In this document: positions 10,774-20,702 of the stretch, in pieces | How positions within the stretch are numbered: the first letter of the stretch is position 1 | Layout: each line of letters opens with the position of its first letter | DNA from: Dehalococcoidia bacterium | GTDB taxonomy: Bacteria; Chloroflexota; Dehalococcoidia; Bin125 | Assembly: GCA_963663895.2 (NCBI GenBank) | Contig: CAXXRD010000001.1 | Location: forward strand, 384,001-448,000 | DNA: 64,000 nt | Direction of reading: 5' to 3' | Notes under the pieces: generated by a model | Told to the model about the DNA's origin: nothing | Databases searched by the model: none | Seen by the model: only the letters and a program-made list of their open reading frames with translations | Program-made: the position numbers and the translations under genes

Positions 10774-11611
10774 CAAAGAGCTCGCGAATCTTCGCGCGGG
10801 GATCGGGGGTAGTGGAGAGCGCCTCGCCCACCAGCACGCCCTGGACATCGCAGGCGCGCATCCGCACGACATCTGCGGCACTGCGCACGCCACTCGCGGC
10901 GACGAGCGGCACATCGTCTGGGATGAGCGGCCGGAGACGCTCGGTTGTGTGGAGATCTTCCTGAAAGGTATGGAGGTCGCGGTTATTAATCCCCAGAAGG
11001 CCGGCGCCTGCTTGCAAGGCGCTCACCGTCTCTGCCCCATCGGTGACTTCCACAAAGGCCGTCATGCCGAGCGCGGCGCCAACCCCGATCAGCTCGCGCA
11101 GTTGCTCCGTGTCGAGCGTCTTGGCGATCAAGAGGTAGGCGTCGGCACCAAGCGCACGCGCTTCGACGACTTGATAGGGGTCGATGTGGAAATCCTTACG
11201 CAGTAACGGCGGCGCGACAGACCCGCCGGCCCGTTCATCGGCGTGCAGCGCCTCGGCGACGCTCGATAGATCAGCGTCGCTGGCGAAGAAATAGCGGGAC
11301 GTGAGAACCGAAATGGCGACGGCGCCGGCGTCGCGATAGAGGCGGGCCGCCGCACTCGCGTCGAGGTGGGGCGCAAACTCGCCCTTGCTGGGGGAGCCGC
11401 GCTTCACCTCGGCGACCAGTCCGCCGCACACACCGGTGAGCGCGGCGCGGAGGTCGCGGGGGGGCGGGCGCTGCTCGGCAGCCCGTTCCAGCGCGGCGAG
11501 CGGGTGCGCCGCCTTGCGCGCCGGCAGCTCGCTCGCCAGGGCACGCGTGATACGCCGCAACACCGAATCGGCGGCGCTACCGGAAATCTCCGCCGCGGCC
11601 CGGTCAGTCAT
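10766..11611 (-). CDS. trpC: Indole-3-glycerol phosphate synthase
   Basis: AEVKRGSPSKG, ISVLT, LLRKDF, GINNRDL, LVGEAL. Confidence 0.93.
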   Translation of the reverse strand: MTDRAAAEISGSAADSVLRRITRALASELPARKAAHPLAALERAAEQRPPPRDLRAALTGVCGGLVAEVKRGSPSKGEFAPHLDASAAARLYRDAGAVAISVLTSRYFFASDADLSSVAEALHADERAGGSVAPPLLRKDFHIDPYQVVEARALGADAYLLIAKTLDTEQLRELIGVGAALGMTAFVEVTDGAETVSALQAGAGLLGINNRDLHTFQEDLHTTERLRPLIPDDVPLVAASGVRSAADVVRMRACDVQGVLVGEALSTTPDPRAKIRELFDV

Positions 11612-12650
11612 CAGTAACCGCCTGTGTCGCCTCCACGAAGCGCTCAAGCTTCCGTAAGGCGCGGCCGTCATCGATGCATTCGACGGCCCGGCTGATGCCC
11701 TCGGCAAACGTCGGCACCTCGTCGGCAGCGAGCAGGGCCGCGGCAGCGTTGAGCGCGACGAAGCCGTGCAGCGGTCCTCCGGAGCCGCTTAGGACACTGC
11801 GCATCGCAGCGGCGTTCGTGACCGCGTCTCCACCCAGCACGGAATCCAGCGGCACCTCGCGGATGTGAAAGTCGGACGGTTGGACGCGGTATGTCCGGAT
11901 CTGACCGGCCTGCAGCTCCCAGACTTGGGTAGGATCGCTCGGGCTCACTTCGTCGAGGCCTTCCAAGCCGTGGACCACCAGGGCGTGTACCGCATCAAGG
12001 CGCTGGAGGGTCGCCGCGATCTTGTCGCCGACCGCAGGCGAACCAACGCCGATCAGCTGGTGACGGGCGCCCGCCGGATTCGTCAGTGGACCCAGGAGAT
12101 TGAAAACCGTGCGAAAGCCGAGCGCGCGGCGTACGGGCGCGACGTGCTTCATGGCGGGATGCAGGGTTTGCGCGAACATGAAGCCGATACCGACGTCCCG
12201 CACCATGGCTGCGACGGCGGCCGGGGGAAGGTCCACGCGGGCGCCGAGCTCCTCAAGGACATCAGCGCTGCCGCAGGCGGATGACATGGCGCGGTTGCCG
12301 TGCTTCGCTACCGGCACGCCGCAGCCAGCCACCACGAAGGCGGCAGCAGTGCTGACGTTGAAGGTGCCCTTGGCGTCGCCGCCCGTGCCACAGGTATCCG
12401 CAATGCGCGAGAAACCATCGCCGAGATCCACACGCAGGGAGCGGGCGCGCATAGCCCTGGTGAATCCCACAAGCTCCTCGACGGTCTCACCTTTAAGTCG
12501 CAGGGCAGTGAGAAAGGCAGCCGCCTGAACAGGTGAGGCGCCGCCTGCCTCGGGGTCGGCCATGAGTTCTCCCATAGCAGCGGCCGCTTCGGCCTCGCTG
12601 AGGTCGCGATCCGCATCGATGATCGCCTCAAGCGCGGCTGTGATCTCCAT
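11604..12650 (-). CDS. trpD: Anthranilate phosphoribosyltransferase
   Basis: DTCGTGGD, FNVST, AKHGNR, FNLLGPLTNP. Confidence 0.95.
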   Translation of the reverse strand: MEITAALEAIIDADRDLSEAEAAAAMGELMADPEAGGASPVQAAAFLTALRLKGETVEELVGFTRAMRARSLRVDLGDGFSRIADTCGTGGDAKGTFNVSTAAAFVVAGCGVPVAKHGNRAMSSACGSADVLEELGARVDLPPAAVAAMVRDVGIGFMFAQTLHPAMKHVAPVRRALGFRTVFNLLGPLTNPAGARHQLIGVGSPAVGDKIAATLQRLDAVHALVVHGLEGLDEVSPSDPTQVWELQAGQIRTYRVQPSDFHIREVPLDSVLGGDAVTNAAAMRSVLSGSGGPLHGFVALNAAAALLAADEVPTFAEGISRAVECIDDGRALRKLERFVEATQAVTDD

Positions 12651-12719
12651 CGCAAGCGTCTCCCTCTCTCGTTCGCTGCGGTCCCCGCCGGAACCAGCCA
12701 GCGGACCGTCGCCCGATCT

Positions 12720-13322
12720 TCATTCGCAAGGCTCGCCCGCCACTCCGCCCTCCCGCAGCGCGAGGAAGTTACGAAGCAGGTCGTGGCCGACCGCGGTCAT
12801 GATCGACTCTGGATGAAACTGTACGCCCTCCACCGCATGTCGGACGTGCCGCAGGCCCATCAACACCCCGCTCTCCGACCATGCCGTGGGAACGATCTCC
12901 TCGGGCAGCGTGGCCGGATCGACCGCGAGGCTGTGGTAGCGCGTGGCCTCAAAGGGATTCGGCAACCCCGCGTAGATGCCGACGCCATCGTGCTCGATCT
13001 GACTGGTCTTGCCGTGCTTGATCTCCCCAGCGCCGATGATTGCCGCGCCGTAGGCGGCACCGATGCACTGAAAGCCCAGGCAAACACCGAGGATCGGCAC
13101 GCGGCCGACGAAGCGCCGGATCAACTCCACGCTAATCCCCGCGTCCTTCGGGGTCTTGGGGCCGGGGGAGATCACGATCTGCGCGGGCGCCGAGGCTTCG
13201 ACCTCGTCCAGCGTAATCTGGTCGTTGCGATGCACGACAACGTCGGCGCCCAGCTCGCTGAGGTACTGGTAGAGGTTGTAGGTGAAGGAATCGTAGTTAT
13301 CGATCAGCAACACGTCCCGCAT
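12720..13322 (-). CDS. trpG: Anthranilate synthase component II (glutamine amidotransferase)
   Basis: IDNYDSFTYNL, ISPGP, GVCLG, RYHSL, QFHPES. Confidence 0.93.
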   Translation of the reverse strand: MRDVLLIDNYDSFTYNLYQYLSELGADVVVHRNDQITLDEVEASAPAQIVISPGPKTPKDAGISVELIRRFVGRVPILGVCLGFQCIGAAYGAAIIGAGEIKHGKTSQIEHDGVGIYAGLPNPFEATRYHSLAVDPATLPEEIVPTAWSESGVLMGLRHVRHAVEGVQFHPESIMTAVGHDLLRNFLALREGGVAGEPCE

Positions 13323-14173
13323 TAGCCGTCTCCCCGCTCCTCAAGCGCGCCGAAGACCTCGCGCGCGGCACGCAGTGCGGCCCGGCCGGCCGGCCAACCG
13401 GCATAGGGCAAGAGTTGGCCGAACACCTCCTCGATCTCATCCCGGGTAGCGCCGTGGTGAAGGGCGCCTTGGATCTGGTCTCGCAGATCCTCGTCGCGCC
13501 CAAGCACGGCCACGGCCGCGATAGTGACCAGGCTGCGCTCGCGGCGGGAGAGCTGCGGCCGCGACCACACTTCACCGTGAACGTAGTTGACGGCCAGCGA
13601 GGCGAAGCGCCCCAGCGCGGCCTCGATCGGAGCGGTTACCGCTTCGTCGCTGGCGTCGCTCGCGAAGCCGTGCATGGCGCGCAGAACGTCGAGACCGTCG
13701 CGGCGGCGCCGGGCGTCGTCCTTGCGAGCGGCGGGTGCACGCGGTGGCGAGAGCACATCACCGTCGATCGCTCGAAAAAGCGCCTGGACCTCGCGCAAGG
13801 CGGCGATAGCGCGGGGGAAGCCGGTGTAGACGGAGAGATGCACGAGCACCTCCTCCACCTCCTCGCGCTGCATACCGTGGTTGAGCGCACCGCGCGCGTG
13901 GACACGCACCTCCATCGGCTGCCCGCCCAGCGTCGTAAGCGCGGCCAATACCACCATGCTGCGATCACGCCGGGACAACTGGGGACGTGCCCAGATCTCG
14001 CCCATGGCGAAATCGCAGGCGAAACTGCCCATGGCTCCCCACGTGCGCTCCGTGTTCTCGGCGCCCGCCTGTACATCCTCCACACGGCCCGCGCGCAACG
14101 TATGCATCACATCCAGAGCCCGCGCGCGGCGCGCGGCCTGAGTCGCCGTGTCTTCGGCTGCTTGATCCGTCAC
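13322..14173 (-). CDS. Carboxymuconolactone decarboxylase family protein with two tandem CMD domains
   Basis: Repeated GEIWARPQLSRRDRS / GEVWSRPQLSRRERS and YTGFP / YAGWP motifs. Confidence 0.85.
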   Translation of the reverse strand: MTDQAAEDTATQAARRARALDVMHTLRAGRVEDVQAGAENTERTWGAMGSFACDFAMGEIWARPQLSRRDRSMVVLAALTTLGGQPMEVRVHARGALNHGMQREEVEEVLVHLSVYTGFPRAIAALREVQALFRAIDGDVLSPPRAPAARKDDARRRRDGLDVLRAMHGFASDASDEAVTAPIEAALGRFASLAVNYVHGEVWSRPQLSRRERSLVTIAAVAVLGRDEDLRDQIQGALHHGATRDEIEEVFGQLLPYAGWPAGRAALRAAREVFGALEERGDG

Positions 14174-15669
14174 GATCCGCTCCTCTCGGCCTCCCTGGAA
14201 GTCCCGCTTCCCCGGTGCTGCTCACGGCTGCGCACCTCGGCGACATCCAACGCTTGCACCAGCGCCATCGCTTTATTGACGGACTCCTGATATTCCGCAG
14301 CAGGGTCGCTGTCGCAGACGATGCCACCTCCCGCCTGCACGGAGGCGAGACCATCCTGCATAACGATCGTGCGGATGGTGATCGCAGTCTCCATGTTGCC
14401 CCCGAACCCAAAGTAGCCCAAGGCACCGGCGTAGGGACCACGTTGATCCGGCTCGAGCTCCGCGATGATCTCCATCGCCCGGATCTTCGGCGCGCCGGAG
14501 ACGGTGCCGGCGGGGAAAGCGGCCCGGAGCGCGTCGTAGCAGGTCACGCCAGGCCGGACCGTCCCGTCAACGTGGGAGACCATGTGCATCACATGGCTGT
14601 AGCGCTCCACATCCATCATCTGCGCGACCCGCACGGAGCCGGGGACACTAAGACGGCCAATGTCGTTCCGCCCCAGGTCAAGCAGCATGAGATGCTCGGC
14701 GCGCTCCTTCTCGTCAGCAAGCAGTTCCGCCTCCAGCCGTCGGTCCTCCGCCGGGGTCGCGCCACGGCGCCGGGTGCCGGCGATGGGATGCGTTGCGACT
14801 CGGCCCTCCTCGACAATGACCAAAAGCTCCGGCGAAGTCCCGACGATCTGATGGTCGCCCATCTCCAAGTAGTAGGTGTACGGCGAGGGATTGATCGTGC
14901 GGAGCGTGCGATACACGTTGAAGGGATGCACGAACGTCGGACGGGAGAAGCGCTGTGAGTAGACGCACTGGACGACGTCGCCAGCATAGATGTACTCAAT
15001 GATGCGCTCGACGCTGGCCTCATAAGCGGCGCGCTCCATGTTGGAAACCACGACGCCGGGGGACTCGCCGTCCAACTGGTCAACGGGCAACGAAGGCGGC
15101 CCCTGCCCAAGCCGCGCGACCAACCCGTCGATCTGGGCCTGGGCGCGGCCGTAGGCGGCCTCAATATCCCCATCAAGCCGGACGTGTCCAACCACCTTGA
15201 TGACGTGCTTCAGGTGATCGAAGACGAGCAGCGCATCGACGAACTGGAAGAACGCTTCCGGGAGGCCCAGGGCGTCGCGCGCGGCCGACGGCACCCGCGG
15301 CTCGAAGTGCCGCACCACCTCGTAGCCGAGGTAGCCCACGGCGCCTCCGTGGAAGGGGGGCAAGTTGGGGTTGGGTATCAACTGGAAGCGATTGAGCTTC
15401 GCTTGCAGGGCGACGAGGGGATCGCGAGCGGTGGGGCCGCCCTCGGCGCGGAGCACGTCGTACGGCTCGGTACCGATGAAGGAGTAGCGCGCCGGGCGCT
15501 CGCCTCCCTCGATCGACTCGAGCAGAAACGAGTAGGCGTCGCGCTTGACCTTGAGAAAGGCGGAGACAGGCGTCTCGAGATCGGCCAACACCTCTCGATA
15601 GATCGGGACGAGGTTACCCCGCCCGCTGGCGGCCAGCAGTCGAACTTCGTCGAGTGAGGGATAGTACAT
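14170..15669 (-). CDS. trpE: Anthranilate synthase component I
   Basis: DLETPVSAF, FLLES, NPSPY, PIAGT, EHLMLLDLGRND, PAGTVSGAPKIRA. Confidence 0.95.
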   Translation of the reverse strand: MYYPSLDEVRLLAASGRGNLVPIYREVLADLETPVSAFLKVKRDAYSFLLESIEGGERPARYSFIGTEPYDVLRAEGGPTARDPLVALQAKLNRFQLIPNPNLPPFHGGAVGYLGYEVVRHFEPRVPSAARDALGLPEAFFQFVDALLVFDHLKHVIKVVGHVRLDGDIEAAYGRAQAQIDGLVARLGQGPPSLPVDQLDGESPGVVVSNMERAAYEASVERIIEYIYAGDVVQCVYSQRFSRPTFVHPFNVYRTLRTINPSPYTYYLEMGDHQIVGTSPELLVIVEEGRVATHPIAGTRRRGATPAEDRRLEAELLADEKERAEHLMLLDLGRNDIGRLSVPGSVRVAQMMDVERYSHVMHMVSHVDGTVRPGVTCYDALRAAFPAGTVSGAPKIRAMEIIAELEPDQRGPYAGALGYFGFGGNMETAITIRTIVMQDGLASVQAGGGIVCDSDPAAEYQESVNKAMALVQALDVAEVRSREQHRGSGTSREAERSGS

Positions 15670-15699
15670 CGATCGCTCCGCGTGCGCTGATCGCCTTAA

Positions 15700-15972
15700 A
15701 CGAAAAATCCCGCCCTTGAAGGGGCGGGAAACCCGCGGTGCCACCCTTCTTCCCAGCCCAGCGGCCGGGCGCTTTGCCAGGACGGAGCCCAAGCTCGATC
15801 CCGCCGGCGATGATCACGGCGCCGTGCCGGCTACGCCTACTTGCGTCATCCGAAGACAACCGTTCGGGCAGCGACTCCCGGGCCCATTCCCCTGGCGCGC
15901 AACCACCGGCCTCGCACCTTTCGCCGGCTCTCTGCAGGTCCGCCTACCCGGGTACTCCTCCCGTTCGCAGTC
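15700..15972 (-). promoter_or_regulatory. T-box riboswitch with Trp specifier and intrinsic terminator, upstream of trpE
   Basis: Minus strand: AGAGAG and GGUG boxes, specifier GAA-UGG (UGG at 15886-15884), T-box AAGAAGGGUGGCACCGCG (15751-15734), hairpin UCCCGCCC/GGGCGGGA followed by U5. Confidence 0.93.
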
Positions 15973-16076
15973 TTTGCGCTTCGCTATTTAGTTATGGATC
16001 GACGGTAAGCGCGCGCTGAAGCCGATGTCAACCAAGTGCTCTCAAGTGATCTGTAGTCCAAGCGCCATCGCGGGCG

Positions 16077-16682
16077 CTACACCACGGGGTGGGGACGATC
16101 CGGCCGCTCGCGCTCCCGCTGCAGGATGCCCAGCACCTCATCAATGGCTGCAGCTTCGGCGCCTTCATGATTGACGACTACAGAGTCGAACTCCACCGCG
16201 GCGGCCATCTCCGATCGGGCGTGAGAGAGCCGCTGTCGAATGTCGTCCTCCGAGACATCGCCACGGGCGCGCAGGCGGCGTTCGAGCGTCGCCAAGTCGG
16301 GGACGGTGACGAAGATGAGGAGGGCGCCGGGCACACGACGGCGCAGGCTGCGCGCGCCCTGTAAGTCCGTACGCGCCACGACGGTTGCGCCACGCGCCAG
16401 CGCCTGCCGGACGGGCGCCCGCAAGACCCCACTGCGGTGGCCGTAGACCTCCGCGTACTCCAAGAACTCCCCGGCCTCGACCAGCGCCTCAAACTCACTC
16501 TCGCTCAGAAAGTGATGGTGCATGCCATCCTCTTCACCGGGGCGGCGGGGCCGGGTCTTAGCGGTGACCACGCCGTGGACGCGATCGTCGCGGGCGAGGA
16601 GGCCGCGCAACAGCGTGTCTTTTCCAGCGCCGGACGGCCCGGAGAGCACGACGAAGAGAGAACGCTCAGTCACTTGCGTCAT
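16077..16682 (-). CDS. gmk: Guanylate kinase
   Basis: SGPSGAGKDT, TRPRRPGEEDG, FLEYAEVYG. Confidence 0.92.
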   Translation of the reverse strand: MTQVTERSLFVVLSGPSGAGKDTLLRGLLARDDRVHGVVTAKTRPRRPGEEDGMHHHFLSESEFEALVEAGEFLEYAEVYGHRSGVLRAPVRQALARGATVVARTDLQGARSLRRRVPGALLIFVTVPDLATLERRLRARGDVSEDDIRQRLSHARSEMAAAVEFDSVVVNHEGAEAAAIDEVLGILQRERERPDRPHPVV

Positions 16683-16950
16683 CGTCGGCCAGAGCAGGCC
16701 ACGCGGCCGGCCCGCTGCCCACGCGACGGGCGATCGTTCCCGGAGCGATCGCCGCCAAGGCGACGTGACCGCTATCCAGAACGAGCACGGCCTTCGTGCG
16801 GCGCCCCCCAGTGAGATCGATGATCTGTCCCACCGCTTTGCGCTCTTGTACCAATCGCTTGATAGGCGCCGCCCCGGGCGAGGCGATCGCGACGATCCGG
16901 CCGGCGGCGAGCATGCTGCCGAAACCCACGTGGACCAACTCCGTGCTCAC
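16666..16950 (-). CDS. remA: RemA/DUF370 family protein
   Basis: HVGFG, SPGAAPIKRL, IDLTGGRRTKAV; typical position upstream of gmk. Confidence 0.88.
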   Translation of the reverse strand: MSTELVHVGFGSMLAAGRIVAIASPGAAPIKRLVQERKAVGQIIDLTGGRRTKAVLVLDSGHVALAAIAPGTIARRVGSGPAAWPALADDDASD

Positions 16951-16985
16951 CACACACTCCAAGTCCCGTGACTGGATGGAGAAGC

Positions 16986-18278
16986 TCAGCCAGCAGCGTG
17001 GCTCAGCCGTTCCAAGTCGGACCAGAAAGCAGGATAGGAGACAGCCACGGCGGTGTCGCCGCGGATCTCGCTTTCGTCGCGCGCGCCGAGGGCGGCGACG
17101 GCGAGCGCCATGGCGAGCCGGTGATCGCCGTAAGAATCGAGGGGAGCGCCGCGCAGACGTCCGTCACCGACGATCTGGAGGCCGTCCGGACGCTCCTCAA
17201 CGGCAACACCCAGCGCCCGAAGACCCGCGGCGGTCGTCGCGATGCGGTCGGATTCCTTGACGCGGAGCTCGGCGGCCTCACGGATCTCCGTGGTCCCTTG
17301 CGCGTAGGCGGCGGCGGCGGCAAGGACGGGCAGCTCGTCGATGGCGCGCGCGGCGAGATCACCCGCGATCTCGGTGCCGGAGAGCCGTGCGGAGCGGACG
17401 CGCAGATCACCCACCGCCTCCCCTGCCACGCTGCGCCGCGCGCTCACCTCGATATCGGCGCCCATGGCCCAGAGCGCATCCAGCACGCCGGTGCGCGTCG
17501 GGTTGAGCCCAACGCCCGGGAGGAACAGCTCCGACTCCGGAAGAATGCTCGCGGCGACGAGCCAGAAGGCAGCGGCGCTGACATCCCCAGCGACGGCGAC
17601 ATCGACGGGGGTCAGCGCACCGGGGGCGAGGCGCAGGTGCGGCGGATCGATATCGAGCGGGGCCCCCATCGCCCGCAGCATGATTTCGGTGTGGTCGCGG
17701 GTCGGCGCGATCTCCTCAAGTTCGCTCGGACCGTCGGCCGCCAAGGCGGCGAGCAGCAGCGCACTCTTCACTTGCGCGCTCGCGACCTGCAAGCGCCCGC
17801 GGAAGGGAATGAGCGAGCCACCCTCGATCACCAGCGGCGCGAAGCGGTCCTCAGCGCGCCCCGCGCAGCGTGCGCCCATCGCGGCGAGCGGTTGCAGCAC
17901 GCGGTCCATCGGACGACGGCGGAGGGAGGCGTCGCCGTCCAGCTCGACGCGGCCGGCCAATCCGGCGGCGACGCCGGCGAGCAGGCGCATCGTCGTGCCA
18001 CTGTTGCCACAGTCGATCGGGTCGACGGGCGGGCGCAGCGCGCCACGTCCAGGGCTGTCGATGCGCAGCGTCTCATCGCTCTCGAATGCGCAGGTGACGC
18101 CGAGAGCCCGCATCGCGGCCACCGAGGCGAGCGTGTCGGCGCCGCGGGCAAAGCCGGTCACCCGTCCCGTGCCGCGCGCGAGACCGTTGAGAATCACCGC
18201 ACGGTGCGAGATCGACTTGTCGCCGGGGACGCGCACGGTCCCTCGGACTGCGGATGCGGGCAGAAGCCGGCGGGTCAT
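16986..18278 (-). CDS. aroA: EPSP synthase
   Basis: PGDKSISHRA, DCGNSGTTMRL, SAQVKSA, RDHTE, ELRVKESDRI, DHRLAM. Confidence 0.96.
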   Translation of the reverse strand: MTRRLLPASAVRGTVRVPGDKSISHRAVILNGLARGTGRVTGFARGADTLASVAAMRALGVTCAFESDETLRIDSPGRGALRPPVDPIDCGNSGTTMRLLAGVAAGLAGRVELDGDASLRRRPMDRVLQPLAAMGARCAGRAEDRFAPLVIEGGSLIPFRGRLQVASAQVKSALLLAALAADGPSELEEIAPTRDHTEIMLRAMGAPLDIDPPHLRLAPGALTPVDVAVAGDVSAAAFWLVAASILPESELFLPGVGLNPTRTGVLDALWAMGADIEVSARRSVAGEAVGDLRVRSARLSGTEIAGDLAARAIDELPVLAAAAAYAQGTTEIREAAELRVKESDRIATTAAGLRALGVAVEERPDGLQIVGDGRLRGAPLDSYGDHRLAMALAVAALGARDESEIRGDTAVAVSYPAFWSDLERLSHAAG

Positions 18279-18286
18279 GCCTGCAG

Positions 18287-19306
18287 TCAGCGGTCGGTCG
18301 AAGCCGGCCGGCCGGCCTTGGTCCGTCCCGACGCGCCGGCCAAGTCGCGGAGCCGCTCGTAGAGACGGCCGCCGAGCAGCAGCGTGCCGAGACTGCCGGC
18401 GATCGTGGGGCGCTCGATCGGATCGGGAGCCGCCATGCGAGCGGACGGGCCGCGGACGAAGTCCACGCGGTCGCGCTGCGCCGTCTCGAACTCTTCGAGC
18501 AGGGCCTCCGGGGAGCCCTCCAACAGATCGCGGAGACGCTGCAGCTCGTCGATGTAGCGGTCGATCCAAGCGCGCAGATTGTCGCTGTTGGTCGCACAGA
18601 TCCCGACGGACATCTGGGGGTCGCCGGCGGCGAGGCGGGTCAGATCGCGATAGGCGGGCCCCGCCACCCGGGCGAAGTCGTTCCAGCCGGCACTGCGGCG
18701 CAGCAACGTGAACAGCGCGGTCGACGCGACCAGCGGCAGGTGGCTCACGGCGCCGACGAGCTGGTCATGCTCCACGGCGCCGATGAACAGCGGATCCCCG
18801 CCCACGCGCTCGACGAGGCCGACAACCGCAGACACCGCCGCCTCGGAGGCTGCGTCGGCCGGCACCAAGACATAGGGGCGGCCGCGAAAGAGCGTGGCCT
18901 CGGCGTTGCCGATCCCCTGGTCGCTCTTGCCTGCCATGGGATGCCCGCCCACGAACGCAACGGAGGCGGGCAGATGCCGCTCGGCCCAGCGCAGCACTTG
19001 GCTCTTCGTAGAGGCAGTGTCCGTGACAACCGCGCCTGCGGCCAAGCGCGGCGCGATGGCATGGAAGACGCCCTCGACGGAGATGGGCGGTACGGCGACG
19101 ATCACGAGCTCGGCGCCGGCGACGGCCTCGTCCAGGCCGGTGACCGTGCGATCGACGGCGCCGGCACCTTTCGCCGCCGCCATGACGGAAGCGTCCGCGT
19201 CGAAGCCGACCAACTCGCAGTCGGTGCCACCGCCCTGCTTGAGCGCGAGGCCGATCGAGCCACCGATCAGGCCGAGACCGATGATGCTAATGCGGGTCAT
19301 AGGCAC
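18287..19306 (-). CDS. tyrA: Prephenate/arogenate dehydrogenase
   Basis: GLGLIGGS, TDTASTK, GGHPMAG, HDQLVGAVSHLP, RDLTRLA. Confidence 0.93.
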   Translation of the reverse strand: MPMTRISIIGLGLIGGSIGLALKQGGGTDCELVGFDADASVMAAAKGAGAVDRTVTGLDEAVAGAELVIVAVPPISVEGVFHAIAPRLAAGAVVTDTASTKSQVLRWAERHLPASVAFVGGHPMAGKSDQGIGNAEATLFRGRPYVLVPADAASEAAVSAVVGLVERVGGDPLFIGAVEHDQLVGAVSHLPLVASTALFTLLRRSAGWNDFARVAGPAYRDLTRLAAGDPQMSVGICATNSDNLRAWIDRYIDELQRLRDLLEGSPEALLEEFETAQRDRVDFVRGPSARMAAPDPIERPTIAGSLGTLLLGGRLYERLRDLAGASGRTKAGRPASTDR

Positions 19307-19562
19307 TGTTTGCTCGGGAACGTCCCAACAGGATGAGCGGCGCTCCTGCCGTCACGTGCAAGCGGCCCGGCAATCCAAGCGCGGAGGCAACACCCGGAAG
19401 AATCGCTGCGCTCGAATCGTAGCATCGCGCTTACGAACACTCACCACGTGCCGCTGCGCCACCGGCCGTGTCGTTTCTCCTCGCAGGGACCGCTGATACA
19501 GTGTAGGTCCCCTTGATAGATGCGATAGACGCCGGATGGAGCGGGGACGTGGGAGAGGCGCT

Positions 19563-20702
19563 ATGCCTCTGCCGATGACCCGTCTCCCTCTGCTTGCCGC
19601 CATCGCGGCGACGGTCGTGGCGATCGCGGCGGCGGGCGCGCTCACGAACGCGACCGGACAGTCGCAAGCGCTGGACAGAGCTGTGCCGCGCAGCGACGGG
19701 CAGCTGCTCGTCAGCGAATTCGGCGAGCACGAGAGCACGCTCTTCCTCGTCGACCCCAGGTACCCCGCGGCGCGGCGAGAGTTCGGGCGCGTGCCGCACG
19801 CGCCGGGCTGGGAGTTGGTGGGCGCCGTTTCGCCGAGCGGCGACGCGTTCGCGTACCTCGTACTACCGCCGGGCGCCGGGGATCCCGCGCGGGAGATGGC
19901 CCTGATCCTGCGCACAGCGAGCGAAGCACGCTTCCTTGCCGCCGGCTTCGATATCGGAGGGGGGGTGCTCTGGAGCAGGGACGGGGAATCGCTATTCCTG
20001 CGGCGATCCGGGGAGGATGACCGGCCGGCGCAACGGATCGTGCAGATCGATGCCGGCACAGGCCTCGAAACGCCGCGCTTCCAAGGCCGGGACTCCCTCG
20101 GGGTGTACCCCGTCGCGAAGCCGCCGGCGGGACCGTTGTACATCGCGCTGATCGATCCCGGCGGCAGCGCCCTGCTGGCGATCGGCGACGACGGCCGGGT
20201 GCAGCGAACCCTCAAGTTATCCGGCAGCGCCACGCGCGACTGGACGCTCTCTCCGGACGGGTCACGGCTCGCGTACACCGAGCAGCGCGGACTGCAGCTC
20301 AACGTGCGGGTCCTGTCGCTGGCCGGCGCCCCACCCACCCTGGCCAGCGCCGCCTACCGCGACGACGGATTTGGGGACGCGCAGACGAGTGGTGGATCGG
20401 CGGCGCCGGTCTGGCATCCCGACGGCTCGCTCAGCCTGGGAACGTTCCAGCGCGCCGCGAGCGGCGCGCTTCACGTGGCCGCGGCCCGTACCTCCGCACT
20501 CGACGGGCAACCCCGCGACGGGTTCGCGCTGCCCGTGGCCTGGTCCGAGGACGGCGCCCACCTGGCGCTGCGGGCGTTCAGCGGAAGCGGGCCGGGCGCG
20601 GTGGGCGAGGAGAAGGCAGCGGTGATGGGGCCGGACGGACGTCTCCAGGCGATCGAAGGACGGTTCGTGAGCGTACTCGGCTGGTGGTATGGGGCGGATT
20701 AG
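19563..20702 (+). CDS. Secreted TolB-like beta-propeller protein
   Basis: Signal peptide; repeated SPSGDAFAY, WSRDG, SPDGSRLAY, WHPDG, WSEDG. Confidence 0.65.
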   Translation: MPLPMTRLPLLAAIAATVVAIAAAGALTNATGQSQALDRAVPRSDGQLLVSEFGEHESTLFLVDPRYPAARREFGRVPHAPGWELVGAVSPSGDAFAYLVLPPGAGDPAREMALILRTASEARFLAAGFDIGGGVLWSRDGESLFLRRSGEDDRPAQRIVQIDAGTGLETPRFQGRDSLGVYPVAKPPAGPLYIALIDPGGSALLAIGDDGRVQRTLKLSGSATRDWTLSPDGSRLAYTEQRGLQLNVRVLSLAGAPPTLASAAYRDDGFGDAQTSGGSAAPVWHPDGSLSLGTFQRAASGALHVAAARTSALDGQPRDGFALPVAWSEDGAHLALRAFSGSGPGAVGEEKAAVMGPDGRLQAIEGRFVSVLGWWYGAD

